Assembly (NCBI RefSeq): GCF_018350175.1
Contig: NC_058382.1
Coordinates: forward strand, 55,120,001 to 55,184,000
Reading direction: 5' to 3'
Length of the DNA: 64,000 bases
DNA from: Felis catus
Taxonomy: Eukaryota
In this document: piece after piece, positions 37,232 to 48,539 of the stretch
Position numbering within the stretch: the stretch's first letter is position 1
Layout: each line of letters opens with the position of its first letter
Translations under genes and position numbers: made by a program
Notes under the pieces: generated by a model
What the model was told of the DNA's origin: nothing
The model's database searches: none
What the model saw: only the letters and a program-made list of their open reading frames with translations

Positions 37232-37819
37232 AAAGCCAACAAGGTATATGAAAAGACACCCAACATGACTAATCACCAGGGAAATGCAAATGAAAACCCC
37301 GTCACACCTGTTAGAGTAGCCAGTATAGGAAAAAAAAAAGAGGTAACAAGTGTTGGTGAGGATGTGGAGAGAAGCAGACCCGGTTGCACTGTTGGTCGGA
37401 ATGCAAACTGGTGCAGCCACTTTTGTCTGGAAATCAGCGAGGAGGTTCCTCACAATATTAAAACCAGCACTGCCACATGATCCAGCAATTCCACTTCTGG
37501 GTATGTATTTCTCAAAAAAAAAAAAAAAAATCGAAGACAGGACCATGAAGAGATATCTGCACTCCATATTCATGGCAGCGTCATTCCTAACAGCCAAGAC
37601 ATGGAAACAACCTAAATGTCCATCGATAGGTAAACGGATAAAGACAATGTCATATGTACATACAATGGATATTCAGCCTTTAAAAGGAAGGAAAGCCGAC
37701 CGTCTGCAGCCACGTGGATGGCCCTGGAGGACATTATGCTAAGCGAAGTAAGCCAGTCACACAGGGCACCTGTTGCATGGTTCCACTCCTGGGACACATC
37801 TAAAGGGGGCAGACTTCTA

Positions 37820-38034
37820 GGGGCGCCTGGGGGGCTCAGTCAGGTAAGCATCCGGCTTCGGCTCAGGTCACCATCTCTGGTTCGTGAGTTCAAGCCCCAC
37901 ATCGGGCTCTGTGCTGGCAGCTCAGAGCCTGGAGCCTGCTTTGGATTCTGTGTCTCCCTCTCTTTCTGCCCTTCCCCCACTCTCTCTCTGTCTCTCTCTC
38001 TCTCTCAAAAATAAATAAACATTAAAAAAAAAAA
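37820..38034 (+). mobile_element. Can-SINE in L1
   Basis: TSD ggca(g/a)acttcta. Confidence 0.93.
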
Positions 38035-40136
38035 GGCAAACTTCTAGAGGCAAAGAACAGAAATGGTGGTTGCCAGGAGCTGGGAGAAGAGGGGAACGGG
38101 GAGATGTTCCATGGTTACAGAGTCTCTGCCACACAAGATGAGCAAATTCTAAGAGCTCTGCTACACAACATTGTGTCTACAGTTGACAAGACGGTATCGC
38201 ACATCAAAAAATGTGTTAAGAGGGCAGACATCGTGTTAAGTGTTCTTACCACACATGCACACCCAAAATGTAACCCAAAAAGAAACAGAATGACAAAGCG
38301 ACAAGGGGGGGGGGACCTTTGATGGTAACATGGGTATATGCGTAGGTCCGAACTTATCAAATTGTATCTATTACACTGGGTGTTGTATGGAAACCAGTTT
38401 AACAATAAATTTCATATATTAAATAAATAAATAAATAAAAATTGTATCTATTAATTAAGCACAACTTTTTGTATAACAGTTATGCCTCAAGCTGAAGAGC
38501 AAAAGAGCTGCCCCCTCCCCCTCCTGCCCCTCCCCCACCCCCACCCCCAATCTGCTGGGCCCGCTTAACCCTGCCGAGGTCTGGGGGGCTTTTCTGGGTG
38601 GTACTTCCTCTCACAGAGGCCTGCCAGCCAGCAGCTGGGACTGGGCTTGTCCCCAGGGGACATGCATTTCTCTGAACAATGTCAGGAAAGGAAACCAAAC
38701 CAAAGGCTCTCAGGGACTTTCTGATCGTTTTTTGGCGCTGGGGGTGGACGGGTAGGTCAGCGTGCTCCCTGGGGTGGGGTGAGGGGCTTTACTGGTGGCT
38801 GGGATAAGGAAGAGGCCTAGGTCGGGAAGGCCTGTTGTACACCAATGATTATTAGAACAAGAGGTGTTACTGACTGAAGCTGTGTTGTGATAACCTCCGC
38901 TGCCCATTACCTTGAATTCTTTAAACAACCTTCTAAGGTAGGGTTTGTTTGTTTTTTTTAGCAGCTTTATTGAGATATAAGTCACATACCATACAGTTGA
39001 CCCTTTAAAAATATGCAGTTCAATAGCTTTTGGTGTATTCACGGAACTTTTCTACTGTCTTCACAAAATTTTAGAACTTTTTTTTATCACTCCAGAGAGA
39101 AACCCTGGACCTTCCAGGACCCGCATGACCTCAGTCCTGAGGTCAAGCAACCACGAATCTGCTGTCTCTACAGATTTGCCTCTTCTGGACATCTCAAAGG
39201 ATGGTGTGATGGGGAAGCTGGAGGCTCAGAGAGGGTGCCTGACCAGCTTAAGGTCACACAGCTAAGGAAGGGGCAGACTGGGGACTTGAACCCGGGTCTC
39301 CCTATTCTTCAAGGCCACACCTTCCCACTGTGCCACGGGGCTTTTCTTCTTTCCCATCACAGTATTAAGAATGGTCAGCTCTGCTGGTGGAACCCAGGAT
39401 ACCTGTTTTAGGTTGTATTTAATCCTTGCCATCTCTCCAGAGAGACAAGTACAATTATGCCCATTTTGCAGAGAGGGAAACAGAAACACCGAGGGCCTAA
39501 TGGTTCAGTGCACCGTGGCTGCTAGTAAATGGAAGAGGGTTATGGGAAAAACAACAACAACAACAAACAAGTGCATATTGAGGCTGGGTGAGGAGCACAG
39601 GATAAAAAGTTGAGACAATTCTGATGAAAAGACCATTTTCTTTTGGGTTATGCCCCCTCCACCCTCACCGCCCCTTCTTCTTTCTTTTTATATGAAAAGG
39701 AAAAGAAAGTTCCCTCCACCCTTTGAGGTCACTTCCTGACCCATTTGAGAATCTGTGTGGGGTGGTTGCAAACTCACTTCTCCCTGCCTGAATGCCTCCT
39801 GTTAATGCTTTGAGTGGGCAGTGGGCCTATGTGTTCCTGGGCACTGGCACCAGGCAGACCTGGGTTCTGGGTTTAAATCCTCCCCCTCTCCCCCCCAACT
39901 GAACACTTATGAGTCCTACATGGGACACTGTTTGTTTGTTTGTTTGTTTGTTTTTGACCGGGTGGATTCTCCGCCTACCTACTGTGCTTTGGAAAAGAAA
40001 TGTCATTTTGTATTTGAGTCCTCCCAGAAGGAAGCAGGGAGGGGCCCATGTGTCAATTATTTTGAACAAACAAGCTGAGGTTTAAGAAAAAGAGGTGAGA
40101 AGCTCCAGAGATTCCCATTCATTGCACTGGATTCCT

Positions 40137-40236
40137 TTAAAAATTTGTTTTAATGTTTCAAACGCACAAACCGTGAAATCATGACCTGAGCTGAATGAAG
40201 TCAGACGCTTAACCGACTGAGCCACCCAGGCGCCCC
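40137..40236 (-). mobile_element. Internally deleted Can-SINE (head + tail only)
   Basis: TSD tgcactggattcct at 40123-40136 and 40237-40250. Confidence 0.88.
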
Positions 40237-41327
40237 TGCACTGGATTCCTGTTCCCCTGAAGGTAAACAATGAGACGAAGAAGACAGACAATTAAAAATA
40301 TGAAAAAGCAACCTGGCATCTACTATGACCATCATCTCACACACCATGGGTATTTGAACCCCAAAGATACCGTAGGCGCACAAATCAGGTTAAAGGAGAG
40401 TTCTTTGACTTGAAGCATGTACTACATGTTCTTTCGTTGCTTGACCCCAGGGGACCAGAGAAAGCTCCAGCCAGGATTAGCATCTGTTTGGACAGAGGTT
40501 AGGAGCAAGGGCTCCAGGAGTGGCCTCCAAAACTTCTGCTTGCACACAGTGTCATTTCATCAGCAGGAGCTTGAACACGCTTCCCTATAACAGGCGGATT
40601 TTGTAAGAATAAATTGCACATATGTGCGGTTGTACTGATAGCTCATGCACATTATATAACAGGTACCAAGATACAAGTGCCAGAAAGATTGATGGAAATA
40701 AATATAAGGTGAAGTACTTAAAAAAAAAAAAAAAAGGCAAAGAAATTTAACCTAGAGTTAGCCATTATTTTTTGGAAATTGTCCCCATGATTCCAAGTGG
40801 CTGACATCATAACAAGTCTTTCAAAGATCTCTTTAGAAAACTGCAGTAAGTTGTCCGTGAACAGTAATTGGTACATTCCTGAGATGGGGCAGGGAAGGAA
40901 ATGAATCTATGGATTTTTGAAGTTGGTAAATGTGACCCGTGACTTCAGATACACCATGTTCCCTCGGGGCAACATCCATAAGTTCACAAAATGCTCTAAC
41001 TCAACAGTTTAGGAGCAAAACTGATGTGCTCTGACAGAGCTGTAGGTGACCGTAAAGCTGGCTGGAATCGCCAAGAAGACACTTGTGTCAAAGATGCACG
41101 TGAAAAGTTTGAATAACATGGATTCACAAAACCCAAGAATGGAAAAGTCATATTTCTAAAAAAAAAAAAAAAAAAAAAGTTACATCATACGGTTTGTGAC
41201 TGCAAATAGGCATGTGCAGCTAAATTAATCAACTAAATACAGTAATTAGGCATTTGACTACGTCTTCCATACACTTAGTTTACAAAGTGAGCCATTAAAA
41301 AAACAAAAAAACAAAAAAAAAACTCTC

Positions 41328-41524
41328 GATGCACCTGGGTGGCTCAGTCGGTTGACTTCGGCTCAGGTCATGATCCCACAGTTTGTGGGTTCGAGCCCCG
41401 CGTCGGGCTGTGTGCTGACAGCTCGGAGCCTGAAGCCTGCTTCGGATTCTGTGTCTCCCCCTCTCTCTCTGCCCCTCCCCTGCTCACTGTCTGTCTTTCA
41501 AAAATAAACATTAAAAAAAAAAAA
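41328..41524 (+). mobile_element. Can-SINE just upstream of the PLCG2 CpG island
   Basis: gcacctgggtggctcagtcgg ... aaaataaacattaaaaaa. Confidence 0.92.
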
Positions 41525-41659
41525 TCTTCTCATTGGGAAATTGGGAGATCAATTTCCGGTTCTACGTTTCTTAAACTGTTTTGATCCTATCTGACAGATG
41601 GGGAGACTGAGGCCGACTGTATTTAAGTGGTTTGCCCAGGGTAGTAAGAGGTGCTGTGA

Positions 41660-42840
41660 CACCAGCGCCGCCTCGGTGACGATTTCAAATTCGGCCGGGA
41701 ACAGCCCACTCCAGGTAATTAAGAGGAGTTTGTTAAACGCACGGAGAACACCTGAATCCAGCAGGCGCTCCATAAATGCTACGCCGCCGCCTGCAAGCTC
41801 CCTCTCTCCGGCTCGCCGGTGGCCTGGGGCGGCTCGCTCCCTCTCCCCCGGCCGCGGAGGCACGGTCCCCGGCGCCGAGTCGGTGTCCGGGTGCGCGGCG
41901 GGGCGGGCGGGGCAGGGCCGCCGGGAGGCCGCGGGGGGCGGGCCGGGGCGCGGGGGGCGGCCCCCAGGAGTCACGTGGCGCGCGGCCGCGGCCGAAGCAG
42001 AAGTAGCAGCGCCCGCGTTGGAGGGCGCGCGCCGCAGGGAGTGCCCGGAGCCGGGACCCGCGGCCGGGGCTCGGCCAGGTGAGTGGCCGGGCCGGGCGGG
42101 AGCGCGCGCGGGCGCCCGGGGAGGGCGGGGGACGCGCGCGCCCGGACAGTCCGGCGCCGCGGCGGGCAGGAGCGGGGCGTGCCGTCGGGGGGCCCCCCAG
42201 CCCGCCGTGCCCGGGGCCCGGGCAGTGCGGGCGGGGGTCGGGGCCTGGCCGCCGGCCACTTCCTCACCGGGAACGGCGCCGCCTCGCCGGTCGGTGCCCG
42301 GGGACCGCCCCGGCTTTGAATGGGAACCCGGAGGATGCGGCGCGGCTGGCGGTCGGAGGGTCGCGCCGGCGTTGGCGTTCAAGGCTCCCGTGGCCGTGGG
42401 GTCGTGCGCCGCTTCCCGGCCGCGTCTGTGGCCGGGGCTCGCTGAGTCCGGGCGGCCGGGCGGGCCCCAGGCACTTCCCCGTATTGCACAGGTGGCTGTG
42501 GGTGGGTGGCTGGCGGCGCGATACCACGGAAGGCGCGGCCCTCACCCAGGAGAAACCGGGAGAGTTTGGGGGGGATCCGTGATTCCCTGTCCCACCCCAC
42601 AACTGCGTGTGTGCATAATTATGTGTGCTCGTCTGTGCGTTTTCCTGGTTACGTTTTGGAGTCCCAACGAGGTCATCACCGCCATAGCGGAAGAATTCGA
42701 GGGGCAACCGCGTCTCATTTAGACTGGGGGGTTGGCGCCTGGATTCTTGCGGAGAACGGGGAGGGGCTCTCCTAGCACCCCGATCTCGAACTACGCGGAA
42801 AGAGTCTGGTGGGCTGAGGGGGGTGACGTGGCGCAAGGAA
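41660..42840 (+). promoter_or_regulatory. PLCG2: CpG-island promoter of PLCG2
   Basis: Very GC/CpG-rich ~1.2 kb; multiple GGGCGG boxes at 41900-41960; E-box GTCACGTG at 41970-41977; contains exon 1. Confidence 0.92.
41990..42078 (+). other. PLCG2: PLCG2 non-coding exon 1 (start approximate)
   Basis: Inside the CpG island; consensus donor CAG|GTGAGT (GT 42079-42080); cgcggccgaagcagaagtagc resembles the human PLCG2 5'UTR as recalled; no ATG. TSS not determinable from sequence. Confidence 0.8.
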
Positions 42841-45800
42841 ACAGGTGGCCTTGCTAATCACCTTAATTTGAATTGCAGTTCCAGCTGTGTGACCCTGGGC
42901 ACGTTAAAGAACCTCTCTGAACTTCCTTACCCTGGATACTGGGGCTGCCCAAACGTACATTCCAGGGCTGTGGAAAATTGAGGCCTGTCTATGAAAAGGG
43001 TGCCTGGCTCGTGGTTGACCCTCTGGCTAAGGGCCCTGCCTAGGGCTTGGCCATTATCCTCAGCCACGCTTCTGCAGAGAGGGCTTTACCGATTTTGTAG
43101 CCCGTGCCAGGCCCAGCAGTTAGCCTGCTACCAAGGTGTGTACCAGCGCGGGGACGGTACTCCCTGAGGATTTCGTTGATGCCGAAATTGCCTAGTGCCG
43201 CTGCTGCCGCCCCCACCAACCCGTCCCCCCGCCCCACCTCTATCTCCCCCTCCTACACACCTTCCCCCTCCCCCCACCTTGAGCCCTTGAGGCTTCTCTA
43301 CAAGAGGCAAAACGGGCACCCCACGAATAGCCCTTTGGCTGGGTGCAGTTGGTGGAAAATGGCCGGTAAGAAAATTTGAAAATACTTCTTAATTTGGAAA
43401 ACAGCAAAACACAAGAAAAAGCTCATCCTTATGTTACCACTTAAGTTAAGAAAAAGTCAGGGAACCCCCCCTCCCCGCAAAGTAACCACTTTCCTTGGAT
43501 TTATAAGCAGACAGCCTTTCAAAAAAAACGATTCTATGATGCTTACTGGTTTGCAACTCCCCCCCCCCCCCCCCATCCATTTCATGAATCTTTCTGGATC
43601 CAATTGCTTATAAATTTTCCCCATGGTTTCTGATAGTTACTGAGTAATCGTTGGTGTGCATGTCCCCTTATTTCTTTAAGGGACCTCTTTCCCAGTTGTT
43701 TTTTTTTTTTTCTTTTACAAATAATGCTTCTGCGAATATCTTTGTGTTTCCTTCTGCACACAGGTGACTGCTCCTCAAAGCGTACGCATGTTTTATGTTT
43801 TAATAGATGCTCACAGGTTGTCTCCTCAAAAAAAGAGAGTTGAGCTCATTCACACTTAGGTGCAGTGGCCGCCCCTCCAGTGAAAATGAGTTTCTGCAGG
43901 GTGGGTGTGAGATGGTGGGTGTGAGATGTGGCATCACCTTCCTTCCTTTCGGCTGCAGGAGAGGGGCAGCTACCTCTCAGGAATGTGTGCAGAGCTCAAC
44001 AGAATTGTCCTGTGGGATTTTATACGAAATCCTTTATGGGCCTAACGTTTCTTCTGAGCTCAGGGAAGAGAAGAAAACTTCCCTGCTTCCTAGTCCTGGG
44101 TCCTTGTCTGCCGGAAGTTTATTTCAAGCATGGAAAGGACGTGGAAAGTAGAAATGGCAAAACCTCTTATTAAATCTCAGACACCGTAAGTCCTTTTGCA
44201 AAGTTACCCGGGGAGGATGAGAAACAGGAAAAAGGGATTTCAAGGCTATTTCTTTTTTTTTTTTTTTTCTTGAAAGCAGAAGAAAAATGGGAATTGTCCT
44301 TGCTGCCTGGTGCCTTCCTTTGGGGAGAAGGCCTGGGAGACCCCTTGCCTTAGCTGCTGAAGCATCAAACTCTGGGAGCCTGAGTCGGGAGCTGGCTGGA
44401 TCTTGTTAAGTCCCAGGATGTTGTGGCCATGAGGGCCTGTTTCCAGTTCCTGGCGAGAGGCAACAGGGCAGACTTGATGTTTACAGTTGTGCCAGTCCAC
44501 TGGGCTTCCGAGCTGGAAGTGACCAGAATCCGGGAATGTTTAAGTCCAAGCCCTTCTCAGAGCCAGAGTCAGAAAAAACTGAGGGCCCTGGTGGCTCCTG
44601 GCGGGCAGGTGTAATCAGAGGTGGAGGTGTGAAGGGGTGTGTTTCCTATTTATGCTTCGCCGCATGGTGGCCTGGAGCCCTGGGAGGGAGCTCCAGAGGC
44701 GCATGGCTGAGGGTGGTCAGCATGGTGAGAGCTGGGATCAGGTGCAAATCCTGCTCCTGCCACTTTCTAGCTGTGTGACCTTGGACAAGTCCTTTAACTT
44801 GAGAGGGATGAGGGGCTACCAAACTAGCTTGTTTCTAGCCAGATTCTGCCACGGGATTCTGAGTTCCACAAGACGGGTACTAACAGAGTCAGGGTGTGGG
44901 ATTCAGAACAGGGTTCTGCCCTTGGTGCTGCCACATTTGTGTGTGACCTTGATTATGTAATTTCCCCTCTCAGGACTTGTGTTTTCACCTCTGGTATTTC
45001 TTATTGAGATAAACGAGATAAGCCAGGTATAGCAGGTGCTGGGACCTGGGAAAAAGCCAATAAACAGCTGGTTTACCAGGACGAGACTGGCCCCAGGCAC
45101 CTGGTCTCCCTGTCCCCCCTCATGGCTTACAGGGTGATGGGGCAGGAGGCTCATTTTGGGTGGAGTTTGTGGCCTACTTGTCTTGCTGCTGGGCCTTTGC
45201 TTAAGGCTGTTCCTCTGATGAGAACACTATTCCCTTCTGCTTTACCTTTTGAAAAGATTGGATTCAGATCCCTTCCTCTCCCAGAAGCTTTCTCTGTCCT
45301 AAGTAGGGGTTGAGCTGACAGCTCTGCTTCTAAGTGGGCAGAGAGCAGGTGTAATTCATGAGTTGATCTCCAGCTGCCAGATACCTGTGGAGCTGCCTTT
45401 GGCTATGGGCGTGAGCTGGAGGGAAGAAGGGGGCAGAGGGCAAGGCCTGGGCCTCTCCCCACTCCCCCTCGCCTCATTTGCATGCCAGTCCCCAGCTCAG
45501 TTCCTGGCATAGGGTTGACACTCCACATGTTGAACAGCTGACTGGTGAATATTATGAGGCCCTGCTAAGTGCTGGGGGCTGTACATACATCGTAGCTTCC
45601 AGTCCTTCCAGTGCCCCTTGAGGCTGGTATTACCTCCATTTTAAGATGAGGGAACGGAGGCCCTGATTTTGAGTGGCTTGGCAGGAGGCCTCCAGAAGGC
45701 CCGCATGGCCCTGGCTGAACACCTGCCTCTCTACAGAGTAACAGCTGTGGGCTCCTGATCCTGTGGGATTTAGGGCGGGGGTGGTGGGTGGTGAATAATG

Positions 45801-46998
45801 AAGATGCACGGAAAAATTGATGGCGGTCGTAGCAATAGCAAAATCTGGGGAGCATTGACTTGTGTCATTGTTGTAAGGGCTCCAAGATCTCTCTACCTGG
45901 TTTAATCCAAGAACTTCCTCCGAGATTCTGTTATGTCTCCCCCTTCACAAGTGTGGAAGTACAGCATAGGGGTGGGGAGGGTCTGCCCCTAGAGAGCCTT
46001 CCATCTGATTCCCCTCTGCAGAGTGAGGGGTCAGGGCATGACTGCAGCCGGCTGCTCAGAGGGGGTGACATGATTTCATGTTGTTGGAAACAGGGCTTCT
46101 AGCTACTGGTCTGGACTGGACTGGAGGGGGCTGGGGCAGAAGAGGGAGACCAGGTGGGCGATTAGAATAATCCAGGTGTGAGATCCTGGGAGGAGCCCGT
46201 GACTGGGGAAGATGAATTGCATCTGCTGATGGATTGGACACAGGTGTGAATGCCACCAGACCCGGCTGGTTCCAGGATTTGGGGCCCAGCACCTCTCTGT
46301 GCGGGGGCATCAGTGCTGTTCGAGAACACCCGTGTGCTGAGCAGAAGGCCAGTGTCCTGCTGGTGGCATCGCAGTGAAGGCTTTCCTCACTGTCCCCACG
46401 ACCCCATTTTAGAAGGGATGCGACCGAGGCTTTCAGAGGTTGTGCAGCCTGCCCAGGCCACACGGTCGGCCAAAATCCCCACCAGGACTTGAACTTTGAA
46501 CTTGAGGCTGCTGGGCCCCGATGTTTTCTGTCTTTGTGGCTCCGTTTCCGTGCAGAGGTCTCCACAGACGCATTCTTGAAGTGGTTTAGTTAATAGTATT
46601 TTTTTCTCTTCTCAAGTTCACTTAGATGGGGAGGGAAATCTAGGCAGAAGAGAAGAGGATGCTGGGGGTGGGGAGTGGAGCCAGCCTGGACTGCTTTGGC
46701 TATTCAAATACTCTACAGCCTGGAAGAGTGTGGGAGGGCCGGGTTCCCTGCCAGGCTGGAGTGATTTGGTTATTCAAAGCCGGGATGACAGCTGAGTCAT
46801 TGAGGTCAGAGGGGCTCCTCCCACACCTCCACGTGTATTTCAACCTCTGTGCGTCCTGTCTGCGCTGAGTGGTCCACGATTCCCCGCCTGGAGAATCTTC
46901 CAAAACCCCTCCTGTTGGGCGTGAGACAGGATTTTGGCCGTTAGTTAACGAATTCCTCCTCCCCAAACCCAATTCACTCCTTCATTCTGCCTTTCCAG

Positions 46999-47233
46999 CG
47001 TCCTGTTCCCTCACGCCTCCCACCGCGTCCTCTGCCGAAAATGACCGCCATGGTCAACATGGACACCCTTCCTGAATATGAGAAGAGTCAGATCAAGAGA
47101 ACCCTGGAGCTGGGCACGGTGATGACCGTGTTCAGCTTTCGCAAGTCTACCCCGGAGCGGAGGACTGTCCAGGTGATCATGGAGACGCGGCAGGTGGCCT
47201 GGAGCAAGACGGCTGACAAGATTGAAGGCTTCT
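46999..47233 (+). other. PLCG2: PLCG2 exon 2 (42 nt 5'UTR + 193 nt CDS)
   Basis: Polypyrimidine tract ttcattctgcctttcCAG| with AG at 46997-46998; donor GTGAGT at 47234; no ATG in the UTR part. Confidence 0.9.
47041..47233 (+). CDS. PLCG2: Phospholipase C gamma 2, first coding exon (N-terminus, start of N-terminal PH domain); CDS continues beyond the window
   Basis: Translation ...[53 protein letters not shown] matches the mammalian PLCG2 N-terminus as I recall it. 193 coding nt end at a phase-1 donor T|GTGAGT (GT 47234-47235). Confidence 0.97.
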
Positions 47234-48073
47234 GTGAGTAGCCCTTCCTGCCTTCACTTACTCTTGTGCTTGTTGGTTTGGTGTCTTATTCTGGAAATGG
47301 AAGCGTGGCCGTTCTGACTGGGTCTCTGTTGGGGTTTAGAGTAGGTGGGGGAAGTTGAGCCAGAGAATCGTGGTGGGGGGGGAGCGGAGGAACGGAGGCC
47401 CCAGGGGCCAACTTGGAAATGACATTCAGATGGCTCACCTGGGCTGGCGGGGGTGTGCTCCCTGCCTGACCACATCGGGGTCCTTTTGGTTTCTTTTGCC
47501 GGTCAAGCGCCCTGCCCTGCTCTGCCCTCGTAAGGACCAAGTGACAGAACTGCAGGAATCCTGGCTTGGTAGGCAGATAGGCCTGTTTTGTTTTACTATG
47601 AACCACAGAACGAGAGGCCTTCGCTCTTCGCTCCGCGGGGACAGAGCGTGTCAGAATATTCTGGAGCTTTTAAATGAAGCTCCAGTCCTGGGAGGTGGTG
47701 TCTTCGTTCCCCACCCGCCTCAGATTGGGCAATTGGCTCAGTTCCTAAAGCTTCTAAGGCTGTTGTCAACAAACGGAGTGAGGAGACTTAAGCAATTTTC
47801 AGTTGCAGAGACTTGCTTTAATTGGCATTTTTTTGTATGGACTCTTTTTTTTTTTTAATGTCAATTGAAAAATTAAAATATGCTTGGAAAAATCAAACAA
47901 TTCATAAATAAATGTCTCTCCTCCCCAGTCCCTCTCTGTGCCCCCGGGGTGGTCAAGCTCATTACCAAGTTCTTTTGTCTTCTAGAGTATTCTATGCTTG
48001 TGAAATGCGTGGGTCATGTTTTTTTCCAGGAATGGGTCCTTACTACTTAAACTTCTGCACTTTGATTTCTTTC

Positions 48074-48298
48074 TTTTTTTTTTAATTTTTTTTTTTTATG
48101 TTTTAAAGTTTATTTTTGAGAGAGAGAGAGAGACAGTGTGAGCTGGGGAGGGGCAGAGAGAGAGAAAGACAGAATCTAAAGCAGGCTCCAGGCTCCGAGC
48201 TGTCAGCACACAGCCGACGCGGGACTGGAACCCACGAACCGCGAGATCGTGACCTGAGTGGAAGTTGGATACTTACTAACTGAGCCACCCAAGCACCC
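48074..48298 (-). mobile_element. Can-SINE (PLCG2 intron 2)
   Basis: Reverse SINE with poly-T tail. Confidence 0.92.
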
Positions 48299-48539
48299 TC
48301 AGATTTCTTTTTTTAATTTAAAGATCATTTGGAGGTGGGTTCTGATCATCCCACTGGTCTAACTGCTGCTTTCACAGCCTCGTAACATCTGGCTTCGTGA
48401 AATGGTCTGCCCCTCCCCCCCCCACGCCTACTCCAGATGGACAGTTGGGCGATTTCAAGTTTTTTGTTATCAGCTGCTGCAAATTTTTCTTTTTTTCTTT
48501 TTTCTTTTTATTTTCTTTTTTCTTCTTTTTTCTCCTTTT

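Larger units (their letters stand above)
36915..38480 (+). mobile_element. L1M ORF2-end + 3'UTR fragment with two SINE insertions
   Basis: Degenerate ORF2 C-terminus (PHDPAIPLLG...AKTWKQPKCPS in ORF 37350-37742) followed by 3'UTR. Confidence 0.88.

Noticed and set aside
37350..37742. L1 ORF2-like peptide
   Set aside because: Degenerate fragment of an old L1 with SINE insertions and frameshifts; not an active element or a gene.
41549..42722. Long ORFs of 374 aa (+) and 277 aa (-) over the PLCG2 promoter
   Set aside because: Low-complexity Ala/Gly/Pro/Arg translations open in several frames on both strands, as expected from stop-codon scarcity in a CpG island; the plus ORF starts in MIR-like sequence and reads through the exon 1 donor.
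47234..47241. ORF-track ending ...EGFCE-stop suggesting a 66-aa protein
   Set aside because: Read-through past the GTGAGT splice donor; the real CDS is spliced at 47233 to an exon outside the window.
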